Shown: positions 1-8,720, numbered from the stretch's first letter. The stretch: 64,000 nt of DNA from Candidatus Sungiibacteriota bacterium (GCA_016180435.1 JACPBG010000002.1:144682-208681), one strand, 5' to 3'. The notes: generated by a model from the letters alone, not told the origin. Numbers and translations are program-made.

Positions 1-1221
1 GAAAAATTATTGGGTTCGGGTTGTACGGCAATCAGCACTCCAGCCGGTCAAACCCAGCGGGGTTGCCGTCTCAATGCCGAGAAAGCAGTGTGTCATGCAT
101 TGGTGGGACTTGGATGTGTTGTTTCGCCGCCTTCACCTCCCGGCGTTTGGACCTCGGTAGGTACTATGACAACCAAGCGTCTTGAACACAGTATGACAGT
201 GCTTCCCAACGGCAAAGTACTTATTGCTGGAGGACAAACCGAAAATGGATTTGCTTCCGGCGCAACTACCTCGGCAGAGCTCTTTGACCCCGCAACCAAT
301 ACTTTTACGCGTACCGGAACCATGTTTCTTCCTCGCCGAGCACATACCGCAACTCTCCTGCCAAATGGGAAAGTTCTCATGGCAGGCGGCTGGGACGGCA
401 TAGATCCTGCGTCGTACATAGCCACGGAGCTTTATGATCCTGCATCCGGAACTTTTTCATTTATCGGGAATATGACCCATACCCGCCATTGGCATACCGC
501 GACTCTGCTCCAAGACGGTACAGTGCTTCTTATCGGAGGGGAAGGAAATATCAATGAAACCCTGGCATCCGCGGAACTGTTTAACTCAAATACGAATACA
601 TTTTCAAGTGTCGGATCTATGAGTACGGTACGGCGGTTTCATGCTGCCATGCTCCTTCGAGACGGGCGCGTGCTTGTTTCGGGAGGTAATGGCGCGGGCG
701 GTGTCGGATTCCCGAATCTTTTGAACGCGGAGATTTATAACCCGCTCACACAAACATTCGAAGCACCGATTCAGCTTGTTGCCGCACGGCTCCGCCATAC
801 CGCCACCTTGCTTCCGGATGCTTCCGTATTTCTGGCGGGCGGGTTGGCATTTTCGTTCACCCCCACTGCGGAACGTTTTAAGCCAGTTATATCGCAATTT
901 GAAGCTGTCTCGGGAGAGATGCTGACCAATCGAAATTCGCATACTGCGTTATCCCTTTCTGACGGACGCGTATTTATTATCGGTGGGAAAACTCCTCCAG
1001 GTATACCCATACCGGATGTAGAGCTATATGATTCTGGTCAAGATGCATTTCAGTTAACCGGAAATATGCATATTTCCCGTACTTCCTTTCCCGGCAATGC
1101 TTCTTTTGCGGTGATGCTTGCCGATGGACGAATATTTGCTGCCGGAGGAGCAGCAGACATTGATTTTACAAATGCATTTATTACGATCACGGATACTGCG
1201 GAGGTATTTATGCCGGATTAA
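1..1221 (+). CDS. Kelch-repeat beta-propeller protein, 5'-truncated at the window edge; its first ~40 codons copy the C-terminal end of an S8 peptidase domain
   Basis: Reading frame is open from nt 1 (track ORF 10..1221). Repeated units LPNGKVLIAGG, LPNGKVLMAGG, LQDGTVLLIGG, LRDGRVLVSGG, LSDGRVFIIGG, LADGRIFAAGG are typical of Kelch/galactose-oxidase propellers. The segment RGCRLNAEKAVCHALVGL (nt ~55-112) is near-identical to nt ~53455-53515, at the end of the S8 domain of the 52013..54289 protein. Confidence 0.6.
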   Translation, partial: EKLLGSGCTAISTPAGQTQRGCRLNAEKAVCHALVGLGCVVSPPSPPGVWTSVGTMTTKRLEHSMTVLPNGKVLIAGGQTENGFASGATTSAELFDPATNTFTRTGTMFLPRRAHTATLLPNGKVLMAGGWDGIDPASYIATELYDPASGTFSFIGNMTHTRHWHTATLLQDGTVLLIGGEGNINETLASAELFNSNTNTFSSVGSMSTVRRFHAAMLLRDGRVLVSGGNGAGGVGFPNLLNAEIYNPLTQTFEAPIQLVAARLRHTATLLPDASVFLAGGLAFSFTPTAERFKPVISQFEAVSGEMLTNRNSHTALSLSDGRVFIIGGKTPPGIPIPDVELYDSGQDAFQLTGNMHISRTSFPGNASFAVMLADGRIFAAGGAADIDFTNAFITITDTAEVFMPD

Positions 1222-1290
1222 ATATTCTTGGTCTTCGTTAATCTTTCGGTTAGTTTTTCGAATAAATTAATAAAATTGGATATAGATATC

Positions 1291-3750
1291 ATGCAAATTT
1301 TATTTTCCCATCCTTCTTTTATCATGTTCGGTGTTGCACTCACTGTATTTGCGGCCTTATTTTTGTTGCGCTCCCTGCTTTTGAAAAAGGGACTTATCTC
1401 CCGTTCGTTAAACCTTGAACTCTTGCTGGTGCGTTTTCCGCCGCCGCCATCTATCGGTCCGTCCCAACAGGAGCCATCGCTCCAGCAAGTTCGCGAAAAG
1501 ATCGCTTTGATGGAGCAGTTATATGTTCAGCTTTCATATATAAAGGATTCGTGGTTTCACTCATTATTATACGGCGAGCCGTCAATTGCCATGGAACTTA
1601 CCATTCCGCATATCGGGGAGGAAATTACTTTTTACGTGGCTGTGCCGCGCCGATTTGGACAGGCCGTGGAGAAAGTGATCCATGGAACTTTTCCCGAAGC
1701 GCATGTGGAGCCGTCACGCGACTACAATATTTTTCATCCGGATGGGGCAACGGCTGCGTCCCGTATGATGTTGCGCCCGAATATTTTTTATCCCATTCGT
1801 ACTTACCAAAAATTGGAAGGGGATCCCCTGCGCGCGATTACCAATGTTTTTACCAAACTTGCGCGGGAGGGGGAGGGCGCGGCTTTGCAGGTGGTGGCGC
1901 GTCCGGCGCATTATAAATGGCGGCGGCGCCTGCGTGAGCGGGCGCATAAAATGCAGGAAGGAGAAAGATACGAGGAAGATAAATTAATGCGCGTTTTGAA
2001 AACAGTGATAGATACGGCCAGCGAGGCGGCCAAAACCGAGCAGGATAAGCCCAAAGAGCAAAAGCGCCTTACTCCGCTTGAAGAGGAAATGTTAAAATCT
2101 CTTGAATCCAAGGCCGGTAAAGCCCTTTTTGAAGCGAATATACGCCTGGTGGCATCTGCTCCGACCGAGCGCCGGGCGCGGGAAATTTTGGATGCCCTGG
2201 AAGCCGCTTTTGGACAATTTGAAGACCCGAATCTTGATGCGTTTCGTAGTGAGCGGCCATCCGGATCGGCATTTAAAAATTTAGTATTTAATTTCTCGTT
2301 CCGCAATTTTGACGATAAAAAATATTCGGTTTTAAGCGTAGAAGAATTAACTTCAATTTTTCATTTCCCGAACGTGGCGTTGGAAACGCCCAAAGTAAAA
2401 TCTTTGAAAGCGCGCGAGGCGCCTCCGCCGCCCAATCTCTCTCCGGACGGGCTGCTTTTGGGTTACAATCTTTTCCGCGGAACTTCATCGGATGTGCGTC
2501 TCCTGGAAGATGATCGCCGAAGGCATTTATACGTTATCGGACAGACCGGCACCGGAAAAACAGCGTTTTTAAAAAATCTGGTGGTGCAGGACATTGAAGA
2601 CGGCCACGGGGTATGTTTTATCGATCCGCATGGCGATACGGTCGAGGAACTGCTCGGCATGATCCCGCGCCATCGCCTGCAGGATGTGATTTATTTTAAT
2701 CCCGGAGACGTGGCGCGTCCTTTGGGATTGAATATGCTTGAATACGACTCCAACTATCCGGAACAAAAAACATTTATCGTCAATGAGCTTTTCGGAATTT
2801 TCCAGAAATTATACGGCGCGGTTCCCGAGGCGCTGGGTCCTATGTTTGAGCAATATTTCCGGAATGCCACCATGCTGGTCATGGACGACCCGGCGTCCGG
2901 AAATACTCTGCTTGAAATTTCCCGTGTTATGTCGGATAAAACATTTCGCGATCTTAAAATTTCGCGCGCCAAAAATATCATAGTTAAAAATTTTTGGACC
3001 CAGATCGCGGAAAAAGCCGGCGGAGAAGGGGAACTTCGCAATATGGTCCCTTATATCACCTCTAAATTTGACGTATTTTTGGCAAACGAGATTATGCGGC
3101 CGATCGTGGCGCAGGAAAAATCATCATTCAACTTTCGTGAAGTTATGGATAGCGGGAAAATTTTATTAGTTAATCTTTCCAAGGGGCGTTTGGGCGATAT
3201 TAATTCTGCCTTGATCGGGCTTATTATAGTAGGAAAAATAACCATGGCTGCGCTTTCGCGCACCGATGTGGCGGATCCGGAGCGGCGCCGGGATTTTTAT
3301 CTATATATAGACGAATTTCAAAACGTTACCACGGATTCGATTGCCACTATTTTTGCCGAGGCCCGCAAATATCGGCTGAATCTGATTGTGGCGCATCAGT
3401 ATATCAAGCAGTTGACCGATAACATTCGGAATGCGGTTTTCGGAAATGTGGGATCGCAGGTGGCGTTTCGCATTGGTTCGGATGACGGAGAATTCATGGA
3501 AAAACAATTTATTCCGGTTTTTAAAGCCGCGGACTTGCTGAATGTGGATAATTATAACTGTTATGTTAAACTTCTTTTAAGGGGACAAACCGCGCCCCCG
3601 TTCAGTTTAAAGACCTATCCTCCGAAAAAAGGCAATGCGGAGATAGCTGCGGTGGTCAAGGAAATTTCCCGCACTAAATTCGGCCGTCCCCGCGAAGAAA
3701 TTGAGAAAGAAATTATGGAGAAACATGAGAGTCAGCTAATCAACGAATAA
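1291..3750 (+). CDS. TraG/TraD/VirD4-family (type IV coupling protein-like) P-loop ATPase with an N-terminal TM segment
   Basis: ATG at 1291 lies in frame within track ORF 1228..3750. Hydrophobic N-terminus FIMFGVALTVFAALFLL. Walker A YVIGQTGTGKTAF. Walker B-like LYIDEFQNV followed by LNLIVAHQYIKQL, matching the DEF...QS/HQ..QL pattern of TraG/VirD4 family proteins. Confidence 0.6.
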   Translation: MQILFSHPSFIMFGVALTVFAALFLLRSLLLKKGLISRSLNLELLLVRFPPPPSIGPSQQEPSLQQVREKIALMEQLYVQLSYIKDSWFHSLLYGEPSIAMELTIPHIGEEITFYVAVPRRFGQAVEKVIHGTFPEAHVEPSRDYNIFHPDGATAASRMMLRPNIFYPIRTYQKLEGDPLRAITNVFTKLAREGEGAALQVVARPAHYKWRRRLRERAHKMQEGERYEEDKLMRVLKTVIDTASEAAKTEQDKPKEQKRLTPLEEEMLKSLESKAGKALFEANIRLVASAPTERRAREILDALEAAFGQFEDPNLDAFRSERPSGSAFKNLVFNFSFRNFDDKKYSVLSVEELTSIFHFPNVALETPKVKSLKAREAPPPPNLSPDGLLLGYNLFRGTSSDVRLLEDDRRRHLYVIGQTGTGKTAFLKNLVVQDIEDGHGVCFIDPHGDTVEELLGMIPRHRLQDVIYFNPGDVARPLGLNMLEYDSNYPEQKTFIVNELFGIFQKLYGAVPEALGPMFEQYFRNATMLVMDDPASGNTLLEISRVMSDKTFRDLKISRAKNIIVKNFWTQIAEKAGGEGELRNMVPYITSKFDVFLANEIMRPIVAQEKSSFNFREVMDSGKILLVNLSKGRLGDINSALIGLIIVGKITMAALSRTDVADPERRRDFYLYIDEFQNVTTDSIATIFAEARKYRLNLIVAHQYIKQLTDNIRNAVFGNVGSQVAFRIGSDDGEFMEKQFIPVFKAADLLNVDNYNCYVKLLLRGQTAPPFSLKTYPPKKGNAEIAAVVKEISRTKFGRPREEIEKEIMEKHESQLINE

Positions 3751-3840
3751 CGAATCCAATACGAATTTACGAATAAACGAATGGTTCGATACTGCTCACC
3801 ATAAATTCGTATATTCGTAAGCCATTCGTAATTCGTAGAT
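3751..3840. repeat. ACGAAT/ATTCGT-rich imperfect palindrome (family copy 1), beginning CAACGAATAACGAAT across the stop codon of the upstream gene
   Basis: Left arm acgaataacgaatccaatacgaatttacgaataaacgaatgg approximately pairs with right arm ccataaattcgtatattcgtaagccattcgtaattcgt. The same CAACGAATAACGAAT motif recurs at 26744 and 41981. The 3' end ATTCGTAGATA...ATTATG resembles the 3' end of the nrdD-splitting copy. Confidence 0.6.
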
Positions 3841-3849
3841 AAAGTTATT

Positions 3850-4452
3850 ATGATTTCTAAACTTGATTATAGTATCGCCGCCCTGATAGGATTTTTAGCC
3901 GGAGTTTTTTTGATCCCCACGCTTATTAACGTGGGATTGCGCACTCAATGGATTTTAATGATCATTCCGCTTGTGATTCCGCCGGTGTTTGCTTTGGGTG
4001 TGTGGATTTCCGGCATACTTGCGCGCCGACTCGCTTTTATGGCGCAGTTCGGAAAATTTGTGGCCGTCGGGTTTTTGAATACTGCGATTGATTTTGGGAT
4101 TTTGAATTTATTGAGTATGGCCACTGGCATTACTTCCGGGTTTGTGATCGGCGGCGTGAATGCCCCGGGTTTTGCAGTTGCCGTCATAAATAGTTATTTC
4201 TGGAATCAGTTGTGGGTTTTCAAAGGCAAGAATGCTGGAGAGGGAATGTTCCATGATTTTCCAAAGTTTTTGACTGTTATGCTGATCGGACTTGCTATAA
4301 ATAGCGGCATAATTTTTGCGCTGACAACATATATCATGCCTCCCTTCGGATTGGGGGAAACTTTGTGGCTTAATGTTTCTAAGGCGTTTGCCACCATATT
4401 TGTCCTGGTTTGGAATTTTCTCGGCCTCAAGTTTTTGGTTTTCAGACCGTAA
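3850..4452 (+). CDS. GtrA-like polytopic membrane protein
   Basis: Several TM helices. The segment FGKFVAVGFLNTAIDFGILNLL matches the GtrA-family signature KFxxVGxxxTxIDxxxLxxL. Confidence 0.5.
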   Translation: MISKLDYSIAALIGFLAGVFLIPTLINVGLRTQWILMIIPLVIPPVFALGVWISGILARRLAFMAQFGKFVAVGFLNTAIDFGILNLLSMATGITSGFVIGGVNAPGFAVAVINSYFWNQLWVFKGKNAGEGMFHDFPKFLTVMLIGLAINSGIIFALTTYIMPPFGLGETLWLNVSKAFATIFVLVWNFLGLKFLVFRP

Positions 4453-4603
4453 GTGTTTTTCTCGGCGGTTTTTTTGGTTGTGGGAATAGGTCGACAGGAG
4501 TCGGCGACGTTCTAACGGGGTAAACCATAATTCAATCTCTCTTTGCGTTATTCCTGTTGCCGTGTTAGGGTCGGGACAGAGTTCTTTTCATCGCGGTGTT
4601 TTT

Positions 4604-5308
4604 ATGGTCAGGTTGATATCGGTTTTGGTACTGTTCTCAACAAGTTTTATCTTCACAGATTCATACGCCCTTCAAGATCGCTCGTTGAAAGCCGGAGTTT
4701 ATTATATGTGGCGGGATGATCCTTTTGCCGTTAAAGCCGGAGAAGAGAATGTTTTGCGCGCAAAATTACGCCAAGAAGTTTCCAGCGCCTTTTCGCGTTT
4801 GGGATCCGGCATTGACATATCTTTTGTAAAAGTTCTGCCCGAAATTCAATTTGATTATCTGGTTTTAGGAAAGGGGGAGATCCGTGGAATATCTCCACGT
4901 TCATTTTTCCTGGCCGCGCGTTCGAATGAAGATGTTTTGCTTGATTTAGAAAGCGTGGATTTCTTATTTGTTTTTACCTGGGATTTTATCATACAGCGCT
5001 GGATGGATTCGGGTTTGGTCGAAATTGATTCACAAGAGAGTATTATAGGCGCGGTGTATGTTTCCTTGGGCGGTATCACGGAACATGGCGGCAAAATTTC
5101 TCTGATCCGTTTTGATGAAGACGCCATGCTTTTGCAAAACCGCATTATGCACGAATCGGGACACCTTTTGGGGCTTGCTGATAAAGATAAGGTGCTTTGC
5201 AAATTCAGTTTGACGATCATGTGTTGGCCGGTAAAGCCGCAAATGGAGATAGGGGATGAGATCAAGATCCGTTTGAATGAATATATAGCAGAAAAACCGC
5301 TTCCTTAG
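4604..5308 (+). CDS. Secreted HExxH-motif protein, putative zinc metallopeptidase
   Basis: ATG at 4604 (MVRLISVLVLFSTSFIF, signal-like) lies in frame within track ORF 4562..5308. IMHESGHLLGLADKD resembles a HExxHxxGxxD metzincin-like site. No other homology recognised. Confidence 0.4.
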   Translation: MVRLISVLVLFSTSFIFTDSYALQDRSLKAGVYYMWRDDPFAVKAGEENVLRAKLRQEVSSAFSRLGSGIDISFVKVLPEIQFDYLVLGKGEIRGISPRSFFLAARSNEDVLLDLESVDFLFVFTWDFIIQRWMDSGLVEIDSQESIIGAVYVSLGGITEHGGKISLIRFDEDAMLLQNRIMHESGHLLGLADKDKVLCKFSLTIMCWPVKPQMEIGDEIKIRLNEYIAEKPLP

Positions 5309-5325
5309 GAATGGGTTTGTAATTT

Positions 5326-5357
5326 AAAAGACCCTCTCGGGTCTTTTTTATTTTTTT
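5326..5357 (+). terminator. Rho-independent terminator (GACCC-tctc-GGGTC stem followed by a T-run), overlapping a TAATAT -10-like box just upstream of dnaX
   Basis: aaaagaccctctcgggtcttttttatttttttatt lies directly after the 4604..5308 CDS. Confidence 0.6.
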
Positions 5358-5378
5358 ATTTGTGGTAATATCATTGGG

Positions 5379-6587
5379 ATGAGCGAATTGGTTTTATATA
5401 GAAAATATCGTCCGCGCGAATTTGACGAGGTCGTGGGGCAGGATCATGTGGTGGATTCTTTGCAAAATGCGTTTCGCACTAACCGCGTGGCGCATGCTTA
5501 TTTATTTTCCGGTCCGCGCGGAGTGGGCAAAACCACGGTGGCTCGGTTGATTGCCAAGGCCTTAAATTGTGCCAATTTGTCCAAAATTTCTGGAGGAAAT
5601 TTTGTCGACAAATTGAGCATCTCGCCGAAGCCGCATGGCGGCGAAGGCGGATTACCTATGCCCTGCAACGCGTGCGATTCTTGCCGTGATTTTAATGAAG
5701 GCCGGGCGCTGGATGTGATTGAAATCGATGCGGCATCCAGCCGCGGGATTGATGATATTCGGGAGCTCCGCGAAGGAGTGCGTTTTGTTCCAACCCGCAG
5801 TAAATTCAAAACCTATATTATTGACGAAACCCACATGCTGACCAAAGAGGCGTTCAATGCGCTTTTAAAAACCCTGGAGGAACCGCCTGGCCACGCCGTA
5901 TTTGTGCTCGCCACCACCGAACTTGATAAAGTTCCGGCAACTATTGTTTCGCGCACCCAGCACTATGATTTCCGCAGGCCGTCGGTTGCGCAAATTGCCG
6001 AGCGCCTTGCGGGCATTGCTAAAAAAGAAGGAGTGGCGCTTGATCAGGATGCTGCGCGTTTAATTGCGCTTGCGGCCGAGGGTTCCATGCGCGATGGGGA
6101 ATCCATTTTGGGTCAAATCATGGCCGCGGAAGATAAAAAAATAACCCGGGTTGAGGTTGAGCGAATTTTAGGGCTTCCCAAGCGTGAGGCGGCCAAGCGT
6201 ATGTTTGAATTGATTGCCGAAAAAGACGCATCATCAGCCCTTTCGCTTATTCAGGAACTGCATGATGCCGGGCACGATTTGCAGTATTTTTCCAAATTGC
6301 TATTGCAGTATTTCCGCAACGCGCTTTATTTAAAAACCGATCCTGAGCTTTTACGTTTCGTGGAAAATGAATTGTTGCCGGATGAGATTGAGGCGATCAA
6401 AGTGCATCTTACAAGTTATGCCGTTGCTGATCTTGCCAGAGGCGCGGATGTGATTTTTTCTAACCTCCAATCCTTCAAAAAATCACCAATCCCGCAACTT
6501 CCGCTTGAACTTACGGTGCTGGAACTTATGGGTGGAAGAGGGGAGAAGATAGAATCCGTTACGCTGTATCAGACCAAGCCGAAATAA
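5379..6587 (+). CDS. dnaX: DNA polymerase III subunit gamma/tau, short form
   Basis: YRPREFDEVVGQDHVVDSLQNAFRTNRVAHAYLFSGPRGVGKTTVARLIAKALNC shows the clamp-loader Walker A. Zn module C-x2-C-x2-C (CNACDSC). SRC-like motif and the IIDETHML box are present. Confidence 0.9.
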   Translation: MSELVLYRKYRPREFDEVVGQDHVVDSLQNAFRTNRVAHAYLFSGPRGVGKTTVARLIAKALNCANLSKISGGNFVDKLSISPKPHGGEGGLPMPCNACDSCRDFNEGRALDVIEIDAASSRGIDDIRELREGVRFVPTRSKFKTYIIDETHMLTKEAFNALLKTLEEPPGHAVFVLATTELDKVPATIVSRTQHYDFRRPSVAQIAERLAGIAKKEGVALDQDAARLIALAAEGSMRDGESILGQIMAAEDKKITRVEVERILGLPKREAAKRMFELIAEKDASSALSLIQELHDAGHDLQYFSKLLLQYFRNALYLKTDPELLRFVENELLPDEIEAIKVHLTSYAVADLARGADVIFSNLQSFKKSPIPQLPLELTVLELMGGRGEKIESVTLYQTKPK

Positions 6588-6597
6588 TTTATAACAC

Positions 6598-6655
6598 AAA
6601 AATGTCATACTTACAAACTTGAGAATGTTGGTATGTTAAGGGTGTGCTGAATAGT
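6598..6655 (+). pseudogene. hsdS-derived fragment: a ~50-nt copy of the inter-TRD region of hsdS lying just downstream of dnaX
   Basis: acacaaaaatgtcatacttacaaacttgagaatgttggtatgtt matches hsdS nt ~17105-17155, with a 22-nt exact core atacttacaaacttgagaatgt. It would encode HTYKLENVGML versus HTYKLENVRMF in hsdS. Confidence 0.45.
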
Positions 6656-6681
6656 GTTCGAGCTTGTCGAGAACATACCTT

Positions 6682-6795
6682 ATGCGCAAACGCTATAAAA
6701 AGAAACGGCATAGTTGCGCGCTTTGTAAACCCCATAAAATGGGAGGAGATCACCGTTGGAAGGGGAAAGAGCTTGCTGGCTTGAAAGTATTTGAA
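6682..6795 (+). CDS. Possible 36-aa basic CxxC...H small protein (MRKRYKKKRHSCALCKPHKMGGDHRWKGKELAGLKSI); may be non-coding
   Basis: Short ATG-initiated ORF between the hsdS fragment and tRNA-Gln. Lys/Arg-rich with a C-x2-C-x2-H-x5-H pattern. Too short to validate. Confidence 0.2.
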
Positions 6796-6824
6796 AAAGA
6801 AAAGAATAGTTTTTTATAAATATT

Positions 6825-6898
6825 GCCGGGTCGTCTAACGGTAGGACAGCGGCCTTTGAAGCCGTGAATGAGGGTCCGATTCCTTCCCCGGCAGCCAT
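6825..6898 (+). tRNA. tRNA-Gln (anticodon UUG), CCA encoded
   Basis: Manual fold: acceptor TGCCGGG/CCCGGCA (7 bp), D arm GTC-TAACGGTAG-GAC, anticodon arm GCGGC-CTTTGAA-GCCGT with UUG at positions 34-36, 4-nt variable loop, T arm GAGGG-TCCGATT-CCTTC, discriminator G, then CCA. The T-loop TCCGATT is slightly atypical. Confidence 0.7.
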
Positions 6899-7150
6899 CC
6901 TGTGACCCCTACCGAGACGGGTCATGCGCCACAAGCGCTGGCCCGTCAAGGTAGCAGGGAAACGCGGATTCTGGCAAGATGTAACCCATCTTGTACTCGC
7001 AGTTTTGGAGAGAAATTCAAAGTATTTCCACGAGTCGCAAAACTCGTCACCACCACGTCATACCGGCTGAGCGCTCGCCTCGCTGAAGCTTGGCGCAGCG
7101 GGCCGTATTCAAGAACGAAAAGTCCGTCCTTCGACAAGCTCAGGGCGGCT
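6899..7150 (+). repeat. Noncoding element R1 (~240 nt), homologous to R2 at 17877..18120; a possible structured RNA or island-boundary repeat
   Basis: Shares CC(T/G)ACCGAGACGGGT (6908-6922 versus 17882-17896) and an exact 17-mer CCTTCGACAAGCTCAGG (7128-7144 versus 18099-18115) at nearly the same spacing (216 versus 213 nt). The interior is diverged but alignable. Overlapping small ORFs are in different frames in the two copies. Confidence 0.45.
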
Positions 7151-7223
7151 TTTCGTTTAAAAAATGGCCTTATACAATAAGTTGCCCTTGATTTTGAAAA
7201 GTGCTATTATGGCATTATTAAAC

Positions 7224-7261
7224 GTTTCACTTTTTCTACAATATGGTAGAAAAAGTGAAAC
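7224..7261. promoter_or_regulatory. Perfect 16-bp inverted repeat (GTTTCACTTTTTCTAC-aatatg-GTAGAAAAAGTGAAAC) upstream of abiEi; candidate operator
   Basis: A perfect palindrome about 130 nt upstream of the AbiEi start. It is preceded by TTGCCC-17nt-TATTAT promoter-like hexamers at ~7186-7214. Confidence 0.35.
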
Positions 7262-7393
7262 GGGTAATTTTTACCCAGCTAGAGGTTCGGAATTGGACGT
7301 TGATTTAAAATAAGATATAAAGCGAAAACGGCTTACGCCCTGCATTATAAGTTAAAGAAAGACGACTTTAAACCTCTGACTGGGCTTACTAAT

Positions 7394-8020
7394 ATGGCCA
7401 AGAAATTACAAAGAATAGAAGTTGAAGAAAAGCTTAAAAACCTCGGGCTTACAGTGTTTACGCCCCGGGAATTTCAAGGCATCTTTGGTGTGTCAAAAAA
7501 ATCCGTTTCCATGTTTATTTTAAACAATGTAAAAAGCGGTTTATTTGTGAAATTGCGCAATAATTTTTACGCAATCAAAGACAGTAATCCCGATTATTTT
7601 TTTATTGCCAATAAATTATATCAGCCCTCGTATGTATCTCTGGAAACCGCCTTATCGCATTATAAAATTATTCCCGAGGTGGTTTACGGCACTTCTTCTA
7701 TTACCACCAAAGCGCCTCGGGAATTCAAAACTCCGCTAGGCAATTTCACCTACCGGCACATTAAAACCGAAGCATTCACGGGTTATCGGCTGCAAGAAAT
7801 TGACCGATATAATGCGCTGTTTGCAGAACCGGAGAAGGCCCTGGCGGATTATTTATATTTTGTCGACCTTAAAAAGACATCGCTCAATGACCGGTTAAAA
7901 TTAAAGAGTATAAATAAGCCCAAATTGATTGAATATGCCAAGTTGTTTAAACGTAAAAGCATATTCAAACTTATCAATCAAATTTATGCTGACTCGCGCC
8001 AACCTCGAACAATTTACTAA
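7394..8020 (+). CDS. AbiEi-like antitoxin/transcriptional regulator (type IV TA/Abi system)
   Basis: N-terminal wHTH-like segment; GLFVKLRNNFYAI fits the AbiEi G.l.rl.rG.Y.l pattern. Overlaps the downstream AbiEii nucleotidyltransferase gene. Confidence 0.55.
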   Translation: MAKKLQRIEVEEKLKNLGLTVFTPREFQGIFGVSKKSVSMFILNNVKSGLFVKLRNNFYAIKDSNPDYFFIANKLYQPSYVSLETALSHYKIIPEVVYGTSSITTKAPREFKTPLGNFTYRHIKTEAFTGYRLQEIDRYNALFAEPEKALADYLYFVDLKKTSLNDRLKLKSINKPKLIEYAKLFKRKSIFKLINQIYADSRQPRTIY

Positions 8021-8720
8021 GCAATCCCAAACCAAGCTGGAAAATGTTGTCAGGGAATACTGCCAGCATTTGTTTTTGTCGTATTTGTATCAACAGCCGG
8101 GTTCTGAACGGCTGCTTTTTAAAGGCGGCACGGCCCTGCGTATCATTTTTCATAGTCCACGTTATTCCGAAGACCTCGATTTTACCGCAATTAAAATTAC
8201 CCGACATGAAGTTGAGGAACTTTTCGTTAATACTTTGGCGAACATAGAAAAAACCGGTATCCATGTCGGGTTTACAGAAGCCAAGCGGACAGCAGGCGGG
8301 TATTTGGGAATAATTGAGTTTAATATTTATGGCAAAATAGTTGAAGTTTATTTTGAAGTTTCTTTGCGAAATGGCAGGAGTATTGCCGGGGTTAGGCAGT
8401 TTATTGAGAACGATTATATTCAACCCTATACCTTAGTATCTTTATCCAAAGAAATTCTTGTGCAAGGAAAGCTGGCAGCACTTACGGCCCGGCACAAGCC
8501 CAGGGATTTTTACGATTATTTTTTTCTCCTGTCGGGCAATTATCCTGTTGTAAAAGAAAAAGGAAATCTTATCAGGGCTCTTAAGCTGTTGCGGGAGTCA
8601 AAAATTAATTTTCGCGTTGAACTGCGGGAATTTTTGCCGGCAAGCCACTTAATGCATTTGCGGAACTTCAAAAAAATTTTGGAACAAAAAATTCTGGATT
8701 TTATGGGCAAAAAATCATGA
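7986..8720 (+). CDS. AbiEii/AbiGii-family nucleotidyltransferase toxin (DUF1814)
   Basis: LLFKGGTALRIIFHSPRYSEDLDFTA matches the family signature KGGTAL....R.SeDiDf. Internal ATG at 7986 (MLTRANLEQ) within track ORF 7929..8720. Stop TGA overlaps the next start (ATGA). Confidence 0.75.
   Translation: MLTRANLEQFTKQSQTKLENVVREYCQHLFLSYLYQQPGSERLLFKGGTALRIIFHSPRYSEDLDFTAIKITRHEVEELFVNTLANIEKTGIHVGFTEAKRTAGGYLGIIEFNIYGKIVEVYFEVSLRNGRSIAGVRQFIENDYIQPYTLVSLSKEILVQGKLAALTARHKPRDFYDYFFLLSGNYPVVKEKGNLIRALKLLRESKINFRVELREFLPASHLMHLRNFKKILEQKILDFMGKKS

Noticed and set aside
1551-3507. Numerous short internal and antisense ORFs within the 1291..3750 gene, and similarly within hsdR, nrdD and copA
   Set aside because: They are fully nested within long motif-supported CDSs and have no independent evidence.
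6899-7150. R1 as SRP RNA, RNase P RNA or tmRNA
   Set aside because: Only weak resemblances were found (AAGGTAGCAG versus the SRP helix-8 consensus; GAAAAGTCCG versus RNase P P4). The hallmark motifs are missing: GGUAAGAGCGCACC of RNase P, and the tRNA-like ends with a tag ORF of tmRNA. No call made.
6902-7180. Track ORFs over R1 (6902..7180 +, 6946..7137 -) and over R2 (17979..18221 +)
   Set aside because: The R1 and R2 copies are homologous at the DNA level, but the putative ORFs fall in different frames (SFDKLRAA versus PSTSSGNK over the shared 17-mer). The homology is therefore non-coding.
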